Under the pieces are notes generated by a model. That model did no database searches and was not told where the DNA came from. It saw only the letters and a list, made by a program, of their open reading frames with translations. The translations under genes were made by a program, and so were the position numbers. From positions 38,880,401 to 38,944,400 of the forward strand of contig CM120641.1 in NCBI GenBank assembly GCA_051362555.1: DNA of 64,000 nt. The letters are read 5' to 3'. This stretch comes from Lingula anatina. Taxonomy: Eukaryota > Animalia > Brachiopoda. Below are positions 14,675 through 28,840 of this stretch, piece after piece. Positions within the stretch are counted from its first letter, which is position 1, and each line of letters begins with the position of its first letter.

Positions 14675-17199
14675 TTATAACTCGCATCGTACAGTACAGA
14701 TATTTGTCAAAGAATCTTACCTAATCTGAAATCAGCTTGGGGTTCTGGAAAAGTTTCCCGACACACTTCTCTTCTGCCGTTTGTGTACGTCCTGAAAAGG
14801 GCTATTTGCATTGAAGAGAGGCCAGCCGCTAGAACCCATATAATGGCGACAATGATTTTTGCTTTGGTCTTGGTCAAGCGCTGTCTGAGAGGGTACATAA
14901 CTGCCCAATACCTGAAACAGCGCCAAGTTTTATCAACATAAATCCTACGACAGAAAGCAACCTTCTAAGGTTCCTAATAGAATTTGATCGTATTGTACCC
15001 AATATGTTGGCCGGATTTATGTATAAACAGACTTAGTGCGTAATAAGAGAGCTGTAGCTTAAGTTTCACCAAGCTGCTACAGTTAAAAAGATGTACATAT
15101 AAATAAATAAAAAATTAAATTTAATGGGAATTGAGATTTGACAGACAAAAAAGAACACAAAAGGCAGAAAAATATAACCATATATAGGAAGTAAAGAACA
15201 GTGGATTACATATATACTGTATAATAGGGGAACCATGGTGTCGGCAATGCGGAGGGCACCAGGAGACCTAAATCCAGTCATGGGTCAGCCATATGGTTCT
15301 ATAGGAAAAATTATGATCTATTTCAATCATCATTTCTTGCATTAAGGTAATAAAAGAATTATATAACATGATAATTTGTATGTAGCTGTATGCAATTTCC
15401 CATGTATGTGAGATCCAAGGTCCCTTTGGCGACGTTATATCTTTTCGATCTTTCTTTTTACTTGAAAAAATATACAATATATTGATTCCAAAACTCACTT
15501 TTTCAGTCAGGTCACGACACAAGGCCTACGCTCAACACATCGCGATATATTATTTCACAGCAAGAAACACTAAACAAAAGCAACAATTGCTCCACACATT
15601 GCTTTGTATGTATGCTCAAAATGATACTATGAAATGCGTGTACTCTATGTTTGGTTGTATATACAGTATAAGTTCACCTTTGCGTTTGACCAAGTACGAG
15701 ATTTTTTGGTCTCCTGATCTGAAGTAAAGATTGTGACTATTAATGTCCAAAAAGCATAATGGAAAATGAGTGTTATGTCCCATATGGTAATAAAGCTCTC
15801 TAGGAGGAATAGATTTTTATGGTTCAAAATGCTTTGCTTTGTAGGTTAGCTCTTAGAACGCTCAAGCTTGGCCTTTTTTTATTTTTTTTTTTCATTTAGC
15901 ATTTCTTATTGCCTACTGAAAACTGCTCCCCTGTCATTCTATCTCTGCGTGTATATATGAAACTATTCAGCCTTCTTCCTTTTCCAGATTAACTTTCATC
16001 GTGCAGAATGCAGGGTTGCATTTCAATAAAGTTCAGGCCACCTGCCTTTGATCATAGTTCGTGTGTTAGTTCAATGACACTGCGTTAATCATGTACATTG
16101 CGCATATCTGAGGGATGGACTGAAAAGAGGCCAGGACTTAATTAGGTTCATCAAATCTTGAATGATGCCTATGTAAAGTCATCGACGAAACCTTACATTA
16201 AATGCGGTCTTTTTGTACAGATGTAGGAGGTATCCTAAAATTACACAACCTGTAGGACCTATTAAAGTGTCTATATAATGTTATGGAGCTATGTGAAAAA
16301 TAACATTGTGCTTTTTAGCACCGAAAACGGTAGGATAATCTTATCTTTGTGTCAATAATGGTGAAAACTGCAAACATGTAGAATTTAACACAGGAATCTT
16401 GTATTTTACACACGTGATTTAGGGATATTTTGGATGCAATCTAACAGATACTATTTACTGCACTATCAAAGACATTTTCTTATTAGTAAACACAGGCATA
16501 ATTGGCCTTAGGGAGATTCGATTAAAGAATTATTGAGAAAATTGAAAGTGTTTTAGGGTTTGCAGTTAGCTATGGACCTAGGTACAGTGGGATTGTGGCC
16601 CTGGCCTTGTAAAGTTACGATTCCAATTTTTGATAAACACAAAACAATCAATTCAACTGGGAATGGTTGAAACAAAGCGATTTAAATGATTTCTGACGTG
16701 GTGTAGGCCTACTTAGCGTGTTTTTAGATAAATTTATAACTTCCAACAAATATCGAACCACTTACCTATCAACGCCGATTGCGAGATTGGTATAGATACT
16801 AACGGCCACCATTAGGTAAATGTTAAAGTTGACGAATGTGCACATGAATCCTCCAAATATCCATTTGTCCAGCATAACGGGGGAGAACGTGAAAGGCATA
16901 CAGACAAGAGCCATTCCCAGATCAGAAACGGCAAGGTTCACCAAGAAAGTTTTAAGTTCTCCCCTGGATCGGTTCCCGCATGTCAATACAACAATGGTGA
17001 TGACATTTCCTACCACGGCCAATAGAACTGATGTGGTGTAGATAGTAATAAGGGCCACCTGAGATCCATAATCCAAAGGATTCCCTGGAATAGCTTTTAA
17101 AAACTCTTCCATATTGAATGAGCTTCTGGTCCCATTGTAAAGCGCACTCGACCTGTTTCCAAACATTGCGTCGTCTTGAAGTTTCCATTCTGGTTCCAT
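11688..17199 (-). CDS. Class A neuropeptide GPCR, paralog 1 (leucokinin/RYamide-luqin/tachykinin-receptor-like), ~464 aa; complement(join(11688..12080,12596..12817,13120..13274,14721..14911,16766..17199))
   Basis: All introns are GT-AG with consistent phases (2,1,0,0). Motifs: TM1 GN, TM2 NLAVSDL, WIFGGFMC, D-R|Y split across intron 1, ICL3 TPGNADEFRD...SKRKVIKML, CWLP, TM7 CHWLAMANSFANPFIYGFLN. Confidence 0.93.
14592..14669. repeat. Compound (CT)n(CA)n microsatellite in GPCR1 intron 2
   Basis: Read directly from the sequence. Confidence 0.95.
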
Positions 17200-19530
17200 G
17201 ATCTGTATTGTCGACGTCTCTCGCGCGACTAGATGACAGCTACTTGACAGTGGATCGAAGAAACGAAGCTTTTAATCGAACGGGTGTCCTTTCACTGTCT
17301 GTGGTTGGCTGTAAAAATAATCCACAGCAACGTCATTGCCTTTTGATCATGCATTTCCCGGTCCAGCATTTTATCACTTTGCTGGAAAGCCCGTCTCGCA
17401 TTACCTGTGTATGCTGGTGTTCTTGTATGACAAATGATAATATTGTTAAGGCAAGTTTTAGGGTATCTATTTAATCTAGATTATAATGCAATTGAACATC
17501 TATTGATACCTGTTTTTATGATTACAAGCCCATATGAGTCGAACGGAATCAACTCAAAATATCGGCATTTTTATTGACCAGCACAATAATAAAATCAAGT
17601 GACCAATGACGCATCTACGGTGAAGCTATCAGTCTCCACTTGCTATTTTAACTATATATTATTTTAAACTGCTCTATGGCAACGGGAATTATGAAAAAAT
17701 CCTAAAATACCTTGGTGGTTTTCGAAGCTTGCTTCAGAAGGGCAAGTTTTTCATATAATAGCTAGATTATAAGACAAATGAAGCCATACGGAGTTTGCTT
17801 CGATCGTGTTAGCGTTTAATAAATGCTGAAACAGTTTATCGAGCAGGTTAGCTGTCATGGAGGTAGAGATGTTGAGCTCTCGGCTGTTTTTCAACAGTAT
17901 ACAATATAGTTGCCATTTACAATTATTATTATTATTATTATTATTAATAATTATGATTATGATAATATCTATTTGCATCCAAAAGTTGGAAGGTACATTT
18001 ACATTACTAAAATGGTTATTCTATGAATGGCATTTTGGATATTAAAACATTTTCTTAAATACATTTTCATGAACTGCTGGAGAATTTAAATATTTGGATG
18101 CGTTTTTTGAAAATATATTTTAGAAATAATCCACTCCGTGATGGTACATAATTGTAGTATTTTACATGTTATTTTGTCCTCTACACACCCACAAACACAT
18201 ACACACACACACACACACACACGTATTTCACCGTCATTGCATATATATATCTCTGTGTGAATAGTGCGCAATGTGACATAGGGAACCCGAAAAGTGATTC
18301 TCAGATTATTGCTCGCGTACGGTGACGAATTTTGATCCATGTGCACTATAAAGGGTGTCATCGAAGGTTTAACGCTTTTCTGGCTGTCAAGTTGCTACCA
18401 TGATAATGGTATGGGAGCCCACAAATGACAAAAGAAAAGAATTTGTTTCTCTTCGGAAGGAGGGTATAGATGTCCCCCAGAGAGCCGTCAGATATGGTTT
18501 GTCTGGTCAAACTGTATGCGGGGTTTGCAGAAGAATGGAGGACACTGGTGACTCCCGAAGATGACTAATGCCTAAGAAGACTGGTGTCTTTTTATGCTGT
18601 GAGGGCTTACGGGAGTTGAACCGTGCAACGAATTAGCTCTGCAGTGGTCGCGCAATTTGCAGGTTGAGATTAGCAAAAGAACTGTTCAAAGAAGGCTTCT
18701 CAGGTGGAAACCACTCATCACCTTGGTAAAAGGATGAAGAAGATTGACATGGACAGAAAGAACCATTGGATGGACCGTAAGTCAGAACTTTTGTGTTTTC
18801 TGATGTGTCCATCTTCACCGTAAACAATGAGGGTGGACAGGTGCGAGTATGGAGAACACCATCCAGATTTTTTTCTCTTTGTTGCTGGGGCAAGTGGCTG
18901 TGCATATTCGTTCCCTGAATTGCTAAAATAATATAACCTGTGACTTGACATCAGGATGTGCTGATTAGACACTCATACCTACACTTTTAAGTTTTCGAAG
19001 TCTTAAAAGACGTGATTCCAAATAGTTAACATGTAACTGTATCCTCTGGTCAATGTACGATTGTTTTACTTCCACCAGAAAGTTCGTGATAGTAATTCAG
19101 TTGATCTAGCTTTCCTATTCGACTTGACACGCAACCTTCTTCCTCTGGGGAGATAATAAACCATGACAGTAGATAGAAATATCGGTTTACCTCGAAAATA
19201 CATAAGATAGACAAATTAAATCGAAGCTATCACCGTGATAAGGCAAAAGCCAAGCAGATCTTGCGTACGGTTGACAGTGACAGGCATGTACGTGTGCGCA
19301 TCTACAGCATACAGGTACGTTTTATCATAATTAAGGCATAAAAACACCAGAAAGGCAATCCCTCTGCGTTTATCTCACGTATAACCTACAGTGTACCCCG
19401 AAAAAATTACCGGCATTGCTTTTGCTCTGAAAACCCTACAGGTGATGAAAGGCCCTTCATCTTTTTCCTATTCCCACTTCTTTATCCGCGTCAAAAGATC
19501 ACATGGTTACACGATTGTACAGCCATATAC

Positions 19531-19565
<35 letters not shown>

Positions 19566-21828
19566 ATGCAATGAGATTGATTTTTCTAAGTAATTGACTG
19601 TAATGTTCACAATGAGATGTAAAAAAAAAACGCACTCATTTTAGATTTAACAAAGGCACAGCCATAGTCTGCGATGTGACATATAGCATAGCGATACTCT
19701 ATATTATCCTGACAGTGGGCTGCAAAAAAACTCACGTTGGCCTTGATACCGACATCTGTGTTGGTCGATTTACTATTAAGTTGAATAGTACATGTTCCAC
19801 AACTTAGAACCCGAAATCAACGTTGCAAAGTGAAGCAGGTTTTCATTAGCGGCCGCGCTGACGAGATTGTCCAATTTCTATTACCATTCTTTGAGCTGTG
19901 CATTGTCATTCAGTTTTTCATTACTTCTAAAAACCTGGTGAAACATCTCATTTGTCATTTGATTGATGAATTTTCTCCATGGCATTTTAAGATATTATCC
20001 TTCATTTCACGAGAGCCGTTTTATGATTTCTTTGTTTACAAAGGCAAATTACAAGTAGAAAGTCGTAGAAGACTATGGGCAATCTCTTTAAGGGGATAGC
20101 AAATTTGTCATACTAAAACCAATGGTTCAAATTTACACCGTTTATTTCAGATATCATAGCGAATATGACAGCAACCCAATGGCTGTCGTTTGGGTGGAAC
20201 GCCAGGTCATTTCGGCGCTGTTTAGTCTCACACTTGTATTGTATTACACTTAACTACAGGGTTAACGAGAACCATTGCATCATGTCTCGAATGCAATTGT
20301 ACAGTTAATTCCATACATTTTGAATACCCAGATTGCTTGTCAATCTATAACACATCTGGAATTGGGCACCACGTTTAGTAGAGGATTATGCCTCTTTGAT
20401 TAAAAACGCCCAGAATTTCATTGCAAACCACTGGTTAGTGCAAGTGACTGTGTTGCAGTTGGCTTTTTACAGTTAGTGGTGTATGTAGACGAGTAAAAGG
20501 AACAAGAGACGGGTATATTGGAAATGGTGATAGGCCTACCAAGGCCTACAGAAAAAAAATCCGAAGTTCAAAGATCATCTTTATGGTTTTTAAACTTATT
20601 TCTGGGCTTGAGTCTTCAAAGATATCCGCGATTGATGTTTCGCTTAAGGGGTTTTGTTGAAAAGAAATTCCCAAAATTTTCGTGAATTTTTTAAAGTATG
20701 ATCATCTTACTTTATAATCGCCACCGACATTTGCGTTTGGCCGTGTATGTACATATACCATGGTTATCTACGATATAAACCAACGTGTGAGACTCAATCT
20801 ATGCGTAAACAAAAAGATACAATATCAGTTTATTGCTTAATAGGTGCAAGGAGTTATAACAGACATCTTGTATTCGGAACTTATTATTCAATATTTCCAA
20901 AGAAATTCTGAAGGGCACGTTACAACATGACTTAAAGAGCTTCTACAAGATATGAGAAAAGTTATAGTTATAATTGATTTTTCTCGATATCTTGTACAGT
21001 GGTTACTTTAAAGTATACTCATATGCTACAGTATTGAGTATCCATACAAATTAGGTGCAGTACAACTATTCCTCTGTATTATTAAAAGGATAACAACTTT
21101 TCATTTTTGACAAAAAAAAAAAAAAAGAAAAAGAATTTTTCTGGAGTACACAACAATTTCCACACATTAAGCAATGGTTAATGAATCCATTTCTACATTC
21201 AAAGTTAGTCCCTTCTTAAGAGATTATTACAAAGTTTAGTCATCTATGGAGGTCACATGGTCCGATGGCAAGCACAGATTTCAGAATAATTGCTTTAACT
21301 GCCGTTTTTGTGGTGAAATAGAATATGTTGTATTTCTATGAGTTGTTTATAATGTTTTATTGTGAAATATAGATCTCATACGAAGAGTTGTAATCCCTTT
21401 ATCATTCAGTGAGATACTGTTACAGTAATTAAAAAAGAAAAAAATTGCCATTGCTGTTACATTTCTACCACACCACCACCTGCACGCAAAGAGAACATTA
21501 TTATGGTAATAATAACGTTGATTGATAGTTTTAGAAAGGATGTCCATGTTTTTCCCACATTTCCTTCACATGAGCCAAGTAATGAATCACTGTAAATAGA
21601 CTTTCTTATATAATATATACATATATAACGACCCTTGATAAATTCTAAGAAAAATCACAGATACACACACAACATATCATATATACATATACTTTGTTAA
21701 CTTTGATTTTTAGCTTTGTTTGAACTTAACTGAACTTCGACTTACTGGCCGCAGACTGGCTTCAATTTTTACTACATGTAATATAGATTGGCATAAATGC
21801 ATGCCTTTATAATCAACCGCGCTGTCCA

Positions 21829-21860
<32 letters not shown>

Positions 21861-21861
<1 letters not shown>

Positions 21862-22115
21862 ACTCCAGTCTCTAACAATATGAGAAAGCGCCTTTAGAAC
21901 TGCATTAAATGCACGGAAGTTAAACACCCAATCAAAAACATTACAGCTTCGTGAAGTCTGAAAGATTCTCGTCAACATCCTATATTATAGAAAAGAAAAT
22001 ACTCCAGTCTCCAAATTCATGTGAAAACACCTTTATAATTGCGTTCAACACACGAGATTAAATATCCTATCAAAAACATTACAACATCGTGTAGGCAGAC
22101 AGATTCTTTTCAACA
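21861..22115. repeat. Diverged ~116-bp tandem duplication (period ~139 bp)
   Basis: Units 21861-21977 and 22000-22115 both begin tactccagtctc, share atcaaaaacattaca, and end agattct...tcaaca. Confidence 0.7.
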
Positions 22116-22450
22116 CTGAGAGCCGCTTAACGTCATCACATTCTTATCGTTTTCGATCCTTATTTCTTTTAGCTCATCAAGTGAAGAATTTCCATGCTCT
22201 GTCGGTAAAATAATGGACTGACGGAGCAAACGTCATCCGCACAGCATATATAATTGCTGAGGTAGATTTTAATACCACATGTTGCATCCGCAAAAGATAA
22301 TTACTTTCACCAGATATATATGTAGGCAATTTAAAGAACACGACTTTATGAGAACTTGCTCATGATACAGAATACTAATAAAGTATTGTACTTGTACAGA
22401 ATACTAATAAAGGGAAATAAAAAGGCAAGCCTCCGGTCAGCTCTTGCTTA

Positions 22451-22510
22451 AAGTTTCATAAAAACTTCAGTTCAAGGAATCAACCTTGAACTGAAGTTTT
22501 TATGAAACTT
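22451..22510. repeat. Perfect 27-bp-stem inverted repeat with 6-nt loop
   Basis: aagtttcataaaaacttcagttcaagg-aatcaa-ccttgaactgaagtttttatgaaactt. Confidence 0.95.
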
Positions 22511-22658
22511 GTATGATACAAATGCATCAACGCTCCGTGTTTTTTTTAACCTGTTTTCATCATAGTTAGATAAATTAAGCAGTGGTCATGGGTGACTTTT
22601 CATAGCGCTTCTTCATTAACTCTGCAATGATAACAAAATACATTACAATTGGTGACGT

Positions 22659-25600
22659 TTAAATCTTTTCAAAAATTCCAAAAGACCAAGAGAGAGAGAA
22701 AGAGAGAGAGAAAGAGTAGAAGAGAGAGAAAGACTGACTTGGCAAACAAACGTACTGTAGGATCTCATCTGTCTGTGAATGCAGAAGATATCCGGTCTGT
22801 ACCATCATGTTCGACTTCCTTTCATCCCCCCTAAGTTCTATCTCCTGTCCGCCCAAGTGCCTGCTGTGCTCCTGCCGCCAACTGTTGTTACGATCTCGCT
22901 GCACAGAACTCCCACGGGAGATGGTGCTGGAGCGCATACTTGTGGTATGGTACCGAGTTCCACGGTCTCTCCGGTACGAGCTCTGGCTTCTCAAGCTGCC
23001 GCCACGTTTACATCTGCGGCAGAGTAATTTTAGATCGGCCTGGAGAAAAATATATCGGAAATAAGAGTACGTGATTACAAGACATTTGAAAAATAACGCC
23101 AACTGTTGATAAAATCATATTAGAACAACTTGATATTGGCCCTTTAGTTATTTATGAAATTGGCGAAAATAACCAAAACCAGTGATTCCTCAATTAGTGA
23201 GTCAAAGTGTGTGACATTAAGTTTCAGGTAACAAAATAACAAATACCCTGAAGTTTTCATTTAGAAATCCATAAATTATAGGGTTGCTGAAGCTGTTCGA
23301 CATGGCCAGCCAGTGGCATGTGAAGAAAAGACCGTAGTACACGCGCTCGTGTGTTTCTGTCTTGACGAGTAACAAGAGGTCCGGCTTGGCGTCCAGGATT
23401 AAGGCCCAGAGGTGCAGCGGAAGCCAACACAATGCAAACACCACTACCACAGCCACAAGCATTTTGATCACCTTATGGAAACATTAGAAAGAACATATTT
23501 ATAGAAAATATTAAACACCACTTGTGGTTTTTTTTTCTCTATTTCTATGATTATCGATTTATACTATACAATTTGCAGCTGTGTAAATTTTAACGATGGT
23601 AGACTTTTTACCATTTGACAGTTTTATGAAATATGAAGGCAACATATTCTGTCTTTCCTTGTTCCAGATTGAAACACTTAATCAGACACGTGGATGTCGC
23701 ATGTATATTAAAGATAAAAGCAGGTTATTTTCAGTAAGCTTTTTAAGTTTTAATTCACCAGATTGAATGGCCATTTTATATGGAAATAAATCATGACAGT
23801 TCATTTAAAACCGTTTTATGAAAAGGTACGTGTATTTCTCTCCATCTTACCCTTCTTTTAGATTCAAGTTGCAGCTGATCCCTCACTTCGTCAGGATTTC
23901 CAGGGGTGGTATATTCCCACAAAGATTTGCCAATACAGTAGTAGGACACCGAGAGAGCTCCCAGGGGGAGAAAATAAGCCGATAGAAACATAAAAACCGT
24001 GTACCCTAAATGTAAATCAAAAGGCAACATTTAAGAGATGTAGAAAACATCGATTGACAATTGAGTAGTATGAGAACCTAGGGCTCAGCCAAATATCTTC
24101 ATTATTTTATGAGTAGTCGTTATATCATTGCTTAATCTAATACTTATTTTCTATTGTGCATTTTCATCTGCCCATGTAGATAGGCCCTATATACGCTACA
24201 ATGAATAAAGCAAAGCATGGCGATTTTAGAACAGACGACTATACAACTATAAGCTACGTAGCTACTTAGGATTTATATTTTTTCTACTTATGTAGATCAA
24301 TTTACTTATGATAGATGACTGAGGAATGGTTCACTACTTATACAGTACAAATACTTTGAGAAATACTCGAACGCAACACTGTGCTTAATGGAACATGTAT
24401 CCTTTTAACGTATCTTTACGTGCAACTTGAAACCCACAAAGTCATTTCATCGCTGTAATTCACACGATTTATTTTGTACTCAGCATCAAAGAAAGCTTCA
24501 TCACGTCACAGCCCTAAAAGGCGAGACATATGACTGACTACTTGAGTTTTGAGAAAACCGTAGAAAACCAAAACAGTCTATTGTAGACAAACCTAATCGA
24601 TAGGAACTGTCGGGCCAGATCTCGTTGCAGTCTTTGTGTTCTGTGAAGTTCTCTGACAATCTTGCCACAGCAAATTGCACCGACGCCAAGGCAAATGAGA
24701 CAACCCAAACAATAGATAAGACTACGCCTGCTTTCCTCTTGCTTAGTCGTCTTCTTAATGGGTATTTCACTGCCAGATACCTTGAAGAGGTACACAGTAC
24801 AATATAAACGTTCATCAAATTCACAGAATCATATTAAAACCGATATTTATTTTGACCTTAAATTACATTTTTTTAGTCGTTTATATAGATGTGGTATTGG
24901 ATTTAACATTCAAGCTTCAGCTAATTTTTTAAAAAAAATTAAAAGCATTATAAAAAGTTAACATGGTAACATACTCAAAGCAGTATCACAAGGCTATGCA
25001 TTTACCGAGTATTCCCATAAACTAACTGCGAGGTATTAAGTAGATGAAAATAAATTGGTAATAACTGCATCTTAACCTGAATGAATACCTTCGTAGATTA
25101 TTCTTAAATAAGTGGTGTAGATAACATATCTGAATTTGAAAAAGATGAATGACAAGGCATATTTTCTCTTCCGTTGAGGTGACATGTAAAACTAAATCAA
25201 TTTTCTAACGATGCAAATAGAAAGTGTTATGTTGTGTTCCATGCGCATAACGCCGGATTGATCACAGGTATGCCCATTATGGTATAGGGTTACATCTGGA
25301 AATACAGCTTTTGAGATTTATTCCTGAACACTGTGAACATTGATACCAATAATTTCTCTCAATTATTGTCATTGCTGCCTCCAAGGACAAGAGGGTTCCG
25401 ATTTTTATATCCTCTTGATGTATCAATTTAATTAAGTGGCAGTTGCTTTCGATTATGTATATATTGGAAACAGCGGAAATAAGCCTAGGTACTTCTCTTA
25501 TTTATTGGCCTTGCACATTACTTGAAAATTGAAAAAAAAAAAAAAAAAACGAACTTGAAATATTGTAATACCTGAAAACAAAATGCAATGACAAAGAACT

Positions 25601-25795
25601 TAATATGAATGATGTGTACATTATCCTAGAACTTTGTTAAAAGCGCAACGAAAATATCATATACTGTTTCTGTTGACGACCATGGATGGGTAAGGAGCGA
25701 TGTGTCCCTAGTTGATGAGCATGTTCTCATAATGTGCAATATTTTAAACAGAGGCTTGTAATGTAACGGGGAGAACATAGTAGGACGTTAAATAG

Positions 25796-25836
<41 letters not shown>

Positions 25837-26428
25837 GGGAAGAAGGAAACTGGGAAACAGTAAATAAAAAGTTTGAAAGAACATAAAGTTCTTGTGGTTT
25901 CTACCTCGCGCAACACCTAAGTAGAATCAATATAATCGTCACGCACGTATACCGTTCTTACCTGTCAATGCCAATGGTCATGTTGGTAAAAATACTAACG
26001 GACACCATAAGGACCTGGGTAAACAGCACAAAGGTACACATGAATTCGCCAAACACCCAATCTCCCAGCATGGCCTGCGTGAAAGTAAAAGGAATGCAGA
26101 ACAGCGCCATTCCAAGGTCCGAAACCGCCAGGTTGACCAAAAATGTCGTCAGGTCGCTCCGTGATCGGTTGCCAAAGACGAGGATAATAATGACGGTCAG
26201 ATTTCCCACTATTGCAAACAGGGCTGTCATTGAATAGACTGTGGCGATGATTGCTTGCACCCCACGGTCAAAAGGGTGTTTGTCTTCAAGGGAAAGGGAC
26301 ATCCACCATGGTAACGGAATATTAGCCCTACCATTTTCATCATGCTCCGTTAGTGATAAGTTAAACAGTCTGTTTTTAGAATGGTTACCCAACGTGTCAT
26401 TCATAATTTTCCAGAACGACAAGTTCAT
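22659..26428 (-). CDS. Class A neuropeptide GPCR, paralog 2 (same family as paralog 1), ~471 aa; complement(join(22659..23039,23247..23471,23851..24005,24593..24780,25962..26428))
   Basis: Intron positions and phases are identical to paralog 1. Motifs: GNRSRSDLTTFLVNLAVSDL, DR|YLAVKYPL, TTPGNPDEVRD...SKRRVIKML, CWLP, CHWLAMSNSFSNPIIYGFLNENFR. The exact C-terminus is uncertain because it runs into CT-repeat sequence. Confidence 0.92.
25799..25833. repeat. (AG)n microsatellite
   Basis: Read directly from the sequence. Confidence 0.9.
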
Positions 26429-26745
26429 TTTGAAAAATCTACAATTACATTTTTATAATATGGCGTGAGCCGTGTAACATTACCATTCTCATGCTGTATC
26501 AAAGTGCGCACATGCATATATTAAGCGACCGGTTGCAAAACCGGCGAAAATTGTGCTAATTAATAGTGACGTGCCAGATTTACAAGTTGGCTTGACATGT
26601 GATATGTTTGCCAAGGAATTATATATACCTTCTTGGATATGCTTACTTTAGATAATCAAGTGCAAGAGTTCAATCCAGAGTATTCCAGAAACCAACAGCT
26701 TTTCGGTCTGGATTCTAGGACCACCAGCTACTCAGTATGATTAAT

Positions 26746-26780
<35 letters not shown>

Positions 26781-28840
26781 TTTACATTCGCTTACATGAT
26801 ACACGTTTTAAATAAATTAAACGACTTCTTAACCTTAAAGCACAACTTCAGTTAACTCAGTGTAATTTATTTCGTGGCGGCCCTGGCCATTTTGATCCGT
26901 TGTGTCCGCGGCATCTCGAGTCGTAATAGTTCCATGCTTAGAACTTAGGCATCCACAGTTTTGGTTATCATCTGCTTAGTTAGGCGACTGACTGAACGGA
27001 CCTTTATTGCCAAGCACTTTGTACTTCCGAGTGAGACATCATGTGGACAAAAAAACTACAAAACAATCCCCTCTCCTCTTAATGGAGGTATAAAAATATA
27101 CCGGGCTGTACATCAATATAATATTCATTGGAAGATGAAAGGATCCCCGTATTTATTGAACGCCCATGACCTTTTCAGTAGTTTGGTGGTTTTACAACAA
27201 AACGTTTAACTTTTAAACGCGTTTCAGTTTTCTCGGTCTTTTCAGCATTTGAAGCTTATCAGCTTACATCATTCCCTGAAATTAAGTACGCAGTTTTAGC
27301 TGGAAATATTTGTATTCAATCACATTTTTGATACTTTACCACCAAAGACCAATTGTGGCATCCACATTTCCTCTCTATACACAATCATGTTTCTGAAATA
27401 AGACAAGTGATTTCGATGGTTCTGACATTTTTATCCTTACTCCTTATTCCTTTTCAGATTCTTGAACATATTATTTACATAATTAAAGTTTGCAATTACA
27501 AAACTCTTTGATTTCACACTAAAAAGATACTATATCTTAATGCATGCATAAATACATCTGAAGTAAACAAGGCTATAGATATACACAACAAAAATGTAAA
27601 AGATCGCAAACACAGCATGCTGCGCTGCATTTTGATGCAAATCGATTACATTCCATTTCAATAAAAAGAAAAGAGGTACAACTCAAGTAGTAACAGTGTG
27701 CTGGTATTGATATATAATTTAATTGGTACAGTGCATCCTACGATTGAACCGACACGAAGGAATCTTATGTACGGGAACCGCAGGACATTATTGCGGTAGA
27801 GAAGACGCTGACTATGTCTAAACACATCGTCATCACAACTATGCAATGTACAGTTTCGAAAATTGATGTTTGGACACCTATACAGTTGCGAAGAGGAGGT
27901 AACACAAGAAATGTAGTTGAGAAATGTATTTAGAATGTTTTGATCTATGATACATGATTTACCCTGTATGACCTGAAATACGTAAGCAACCTCACAATGT
28001 CGTTCAGACGTCCTATTTAATTAGTCTATCACTCCGTCCACCTGCTCACCAACTGTCGCAATCGGAAACGCCCTGCTTATTAAAGAACAGATAATCCAGG
28101 TAACTCAGAAGGGGTGTTTGCACAAAGTTTTGAAGTGTGACTCATGTTGGAACCTGGATCGGGCCTGTTTGTTAGAACCCAATCAATTTTCTGCTTCTCA
28201 TAAGCCAGAAGCATCAGATTAAGAAAAAATTGCATTCCACGCTAACAAGTGCTTTTACCTGTTGCGCAGCATATCTACCTCTGAGCCGGTTGTTGGACTG
28301 GGCCTTTTATTTCTCGCCAGCCTTGCGCAAAGTTACAAAAGAAACACCTTACAACTAAAAAAATGGGCGTGCTAGAAACCCTCTAAATCTGGAAAATGTG
28401 CCACTGTCATTAAGACCAAACATTATATTGCACTGGATGAGAGTGTCAAGGTTAATTCCAAGCAAATTTGGAATATGAACGTGTGCCAAATACATGTATG
28501 AAAATAGAAGTGTGTATGTGAATATCAGAGTAATCACACCTCGCAAGATCCCAGCATATAGCTACGTTAATTTTCCTGAACATCATTTCATCATTTTGGA
28601 TGTAGGGGTGTTGTTTTCATCTGGCTCAAATATGACTAACCCTTACTATTTCTAGAAACCCCGCTTCTACTCTTTTAGAACCAATGAGGTAACCGCGGGA
28701 GGAGTTAGAGGAGTTGAGAAGGTGAGCCAGACGCTAAAGGTGAAACGCTGGAGTGTCGTATTGCGATACCTTTCATCGAAAAGCATAAAAAAAAGTGACT
28801 GGCTCTCGGAAAGTGACAGGAGGCCCCCGAACGGTTCAGA

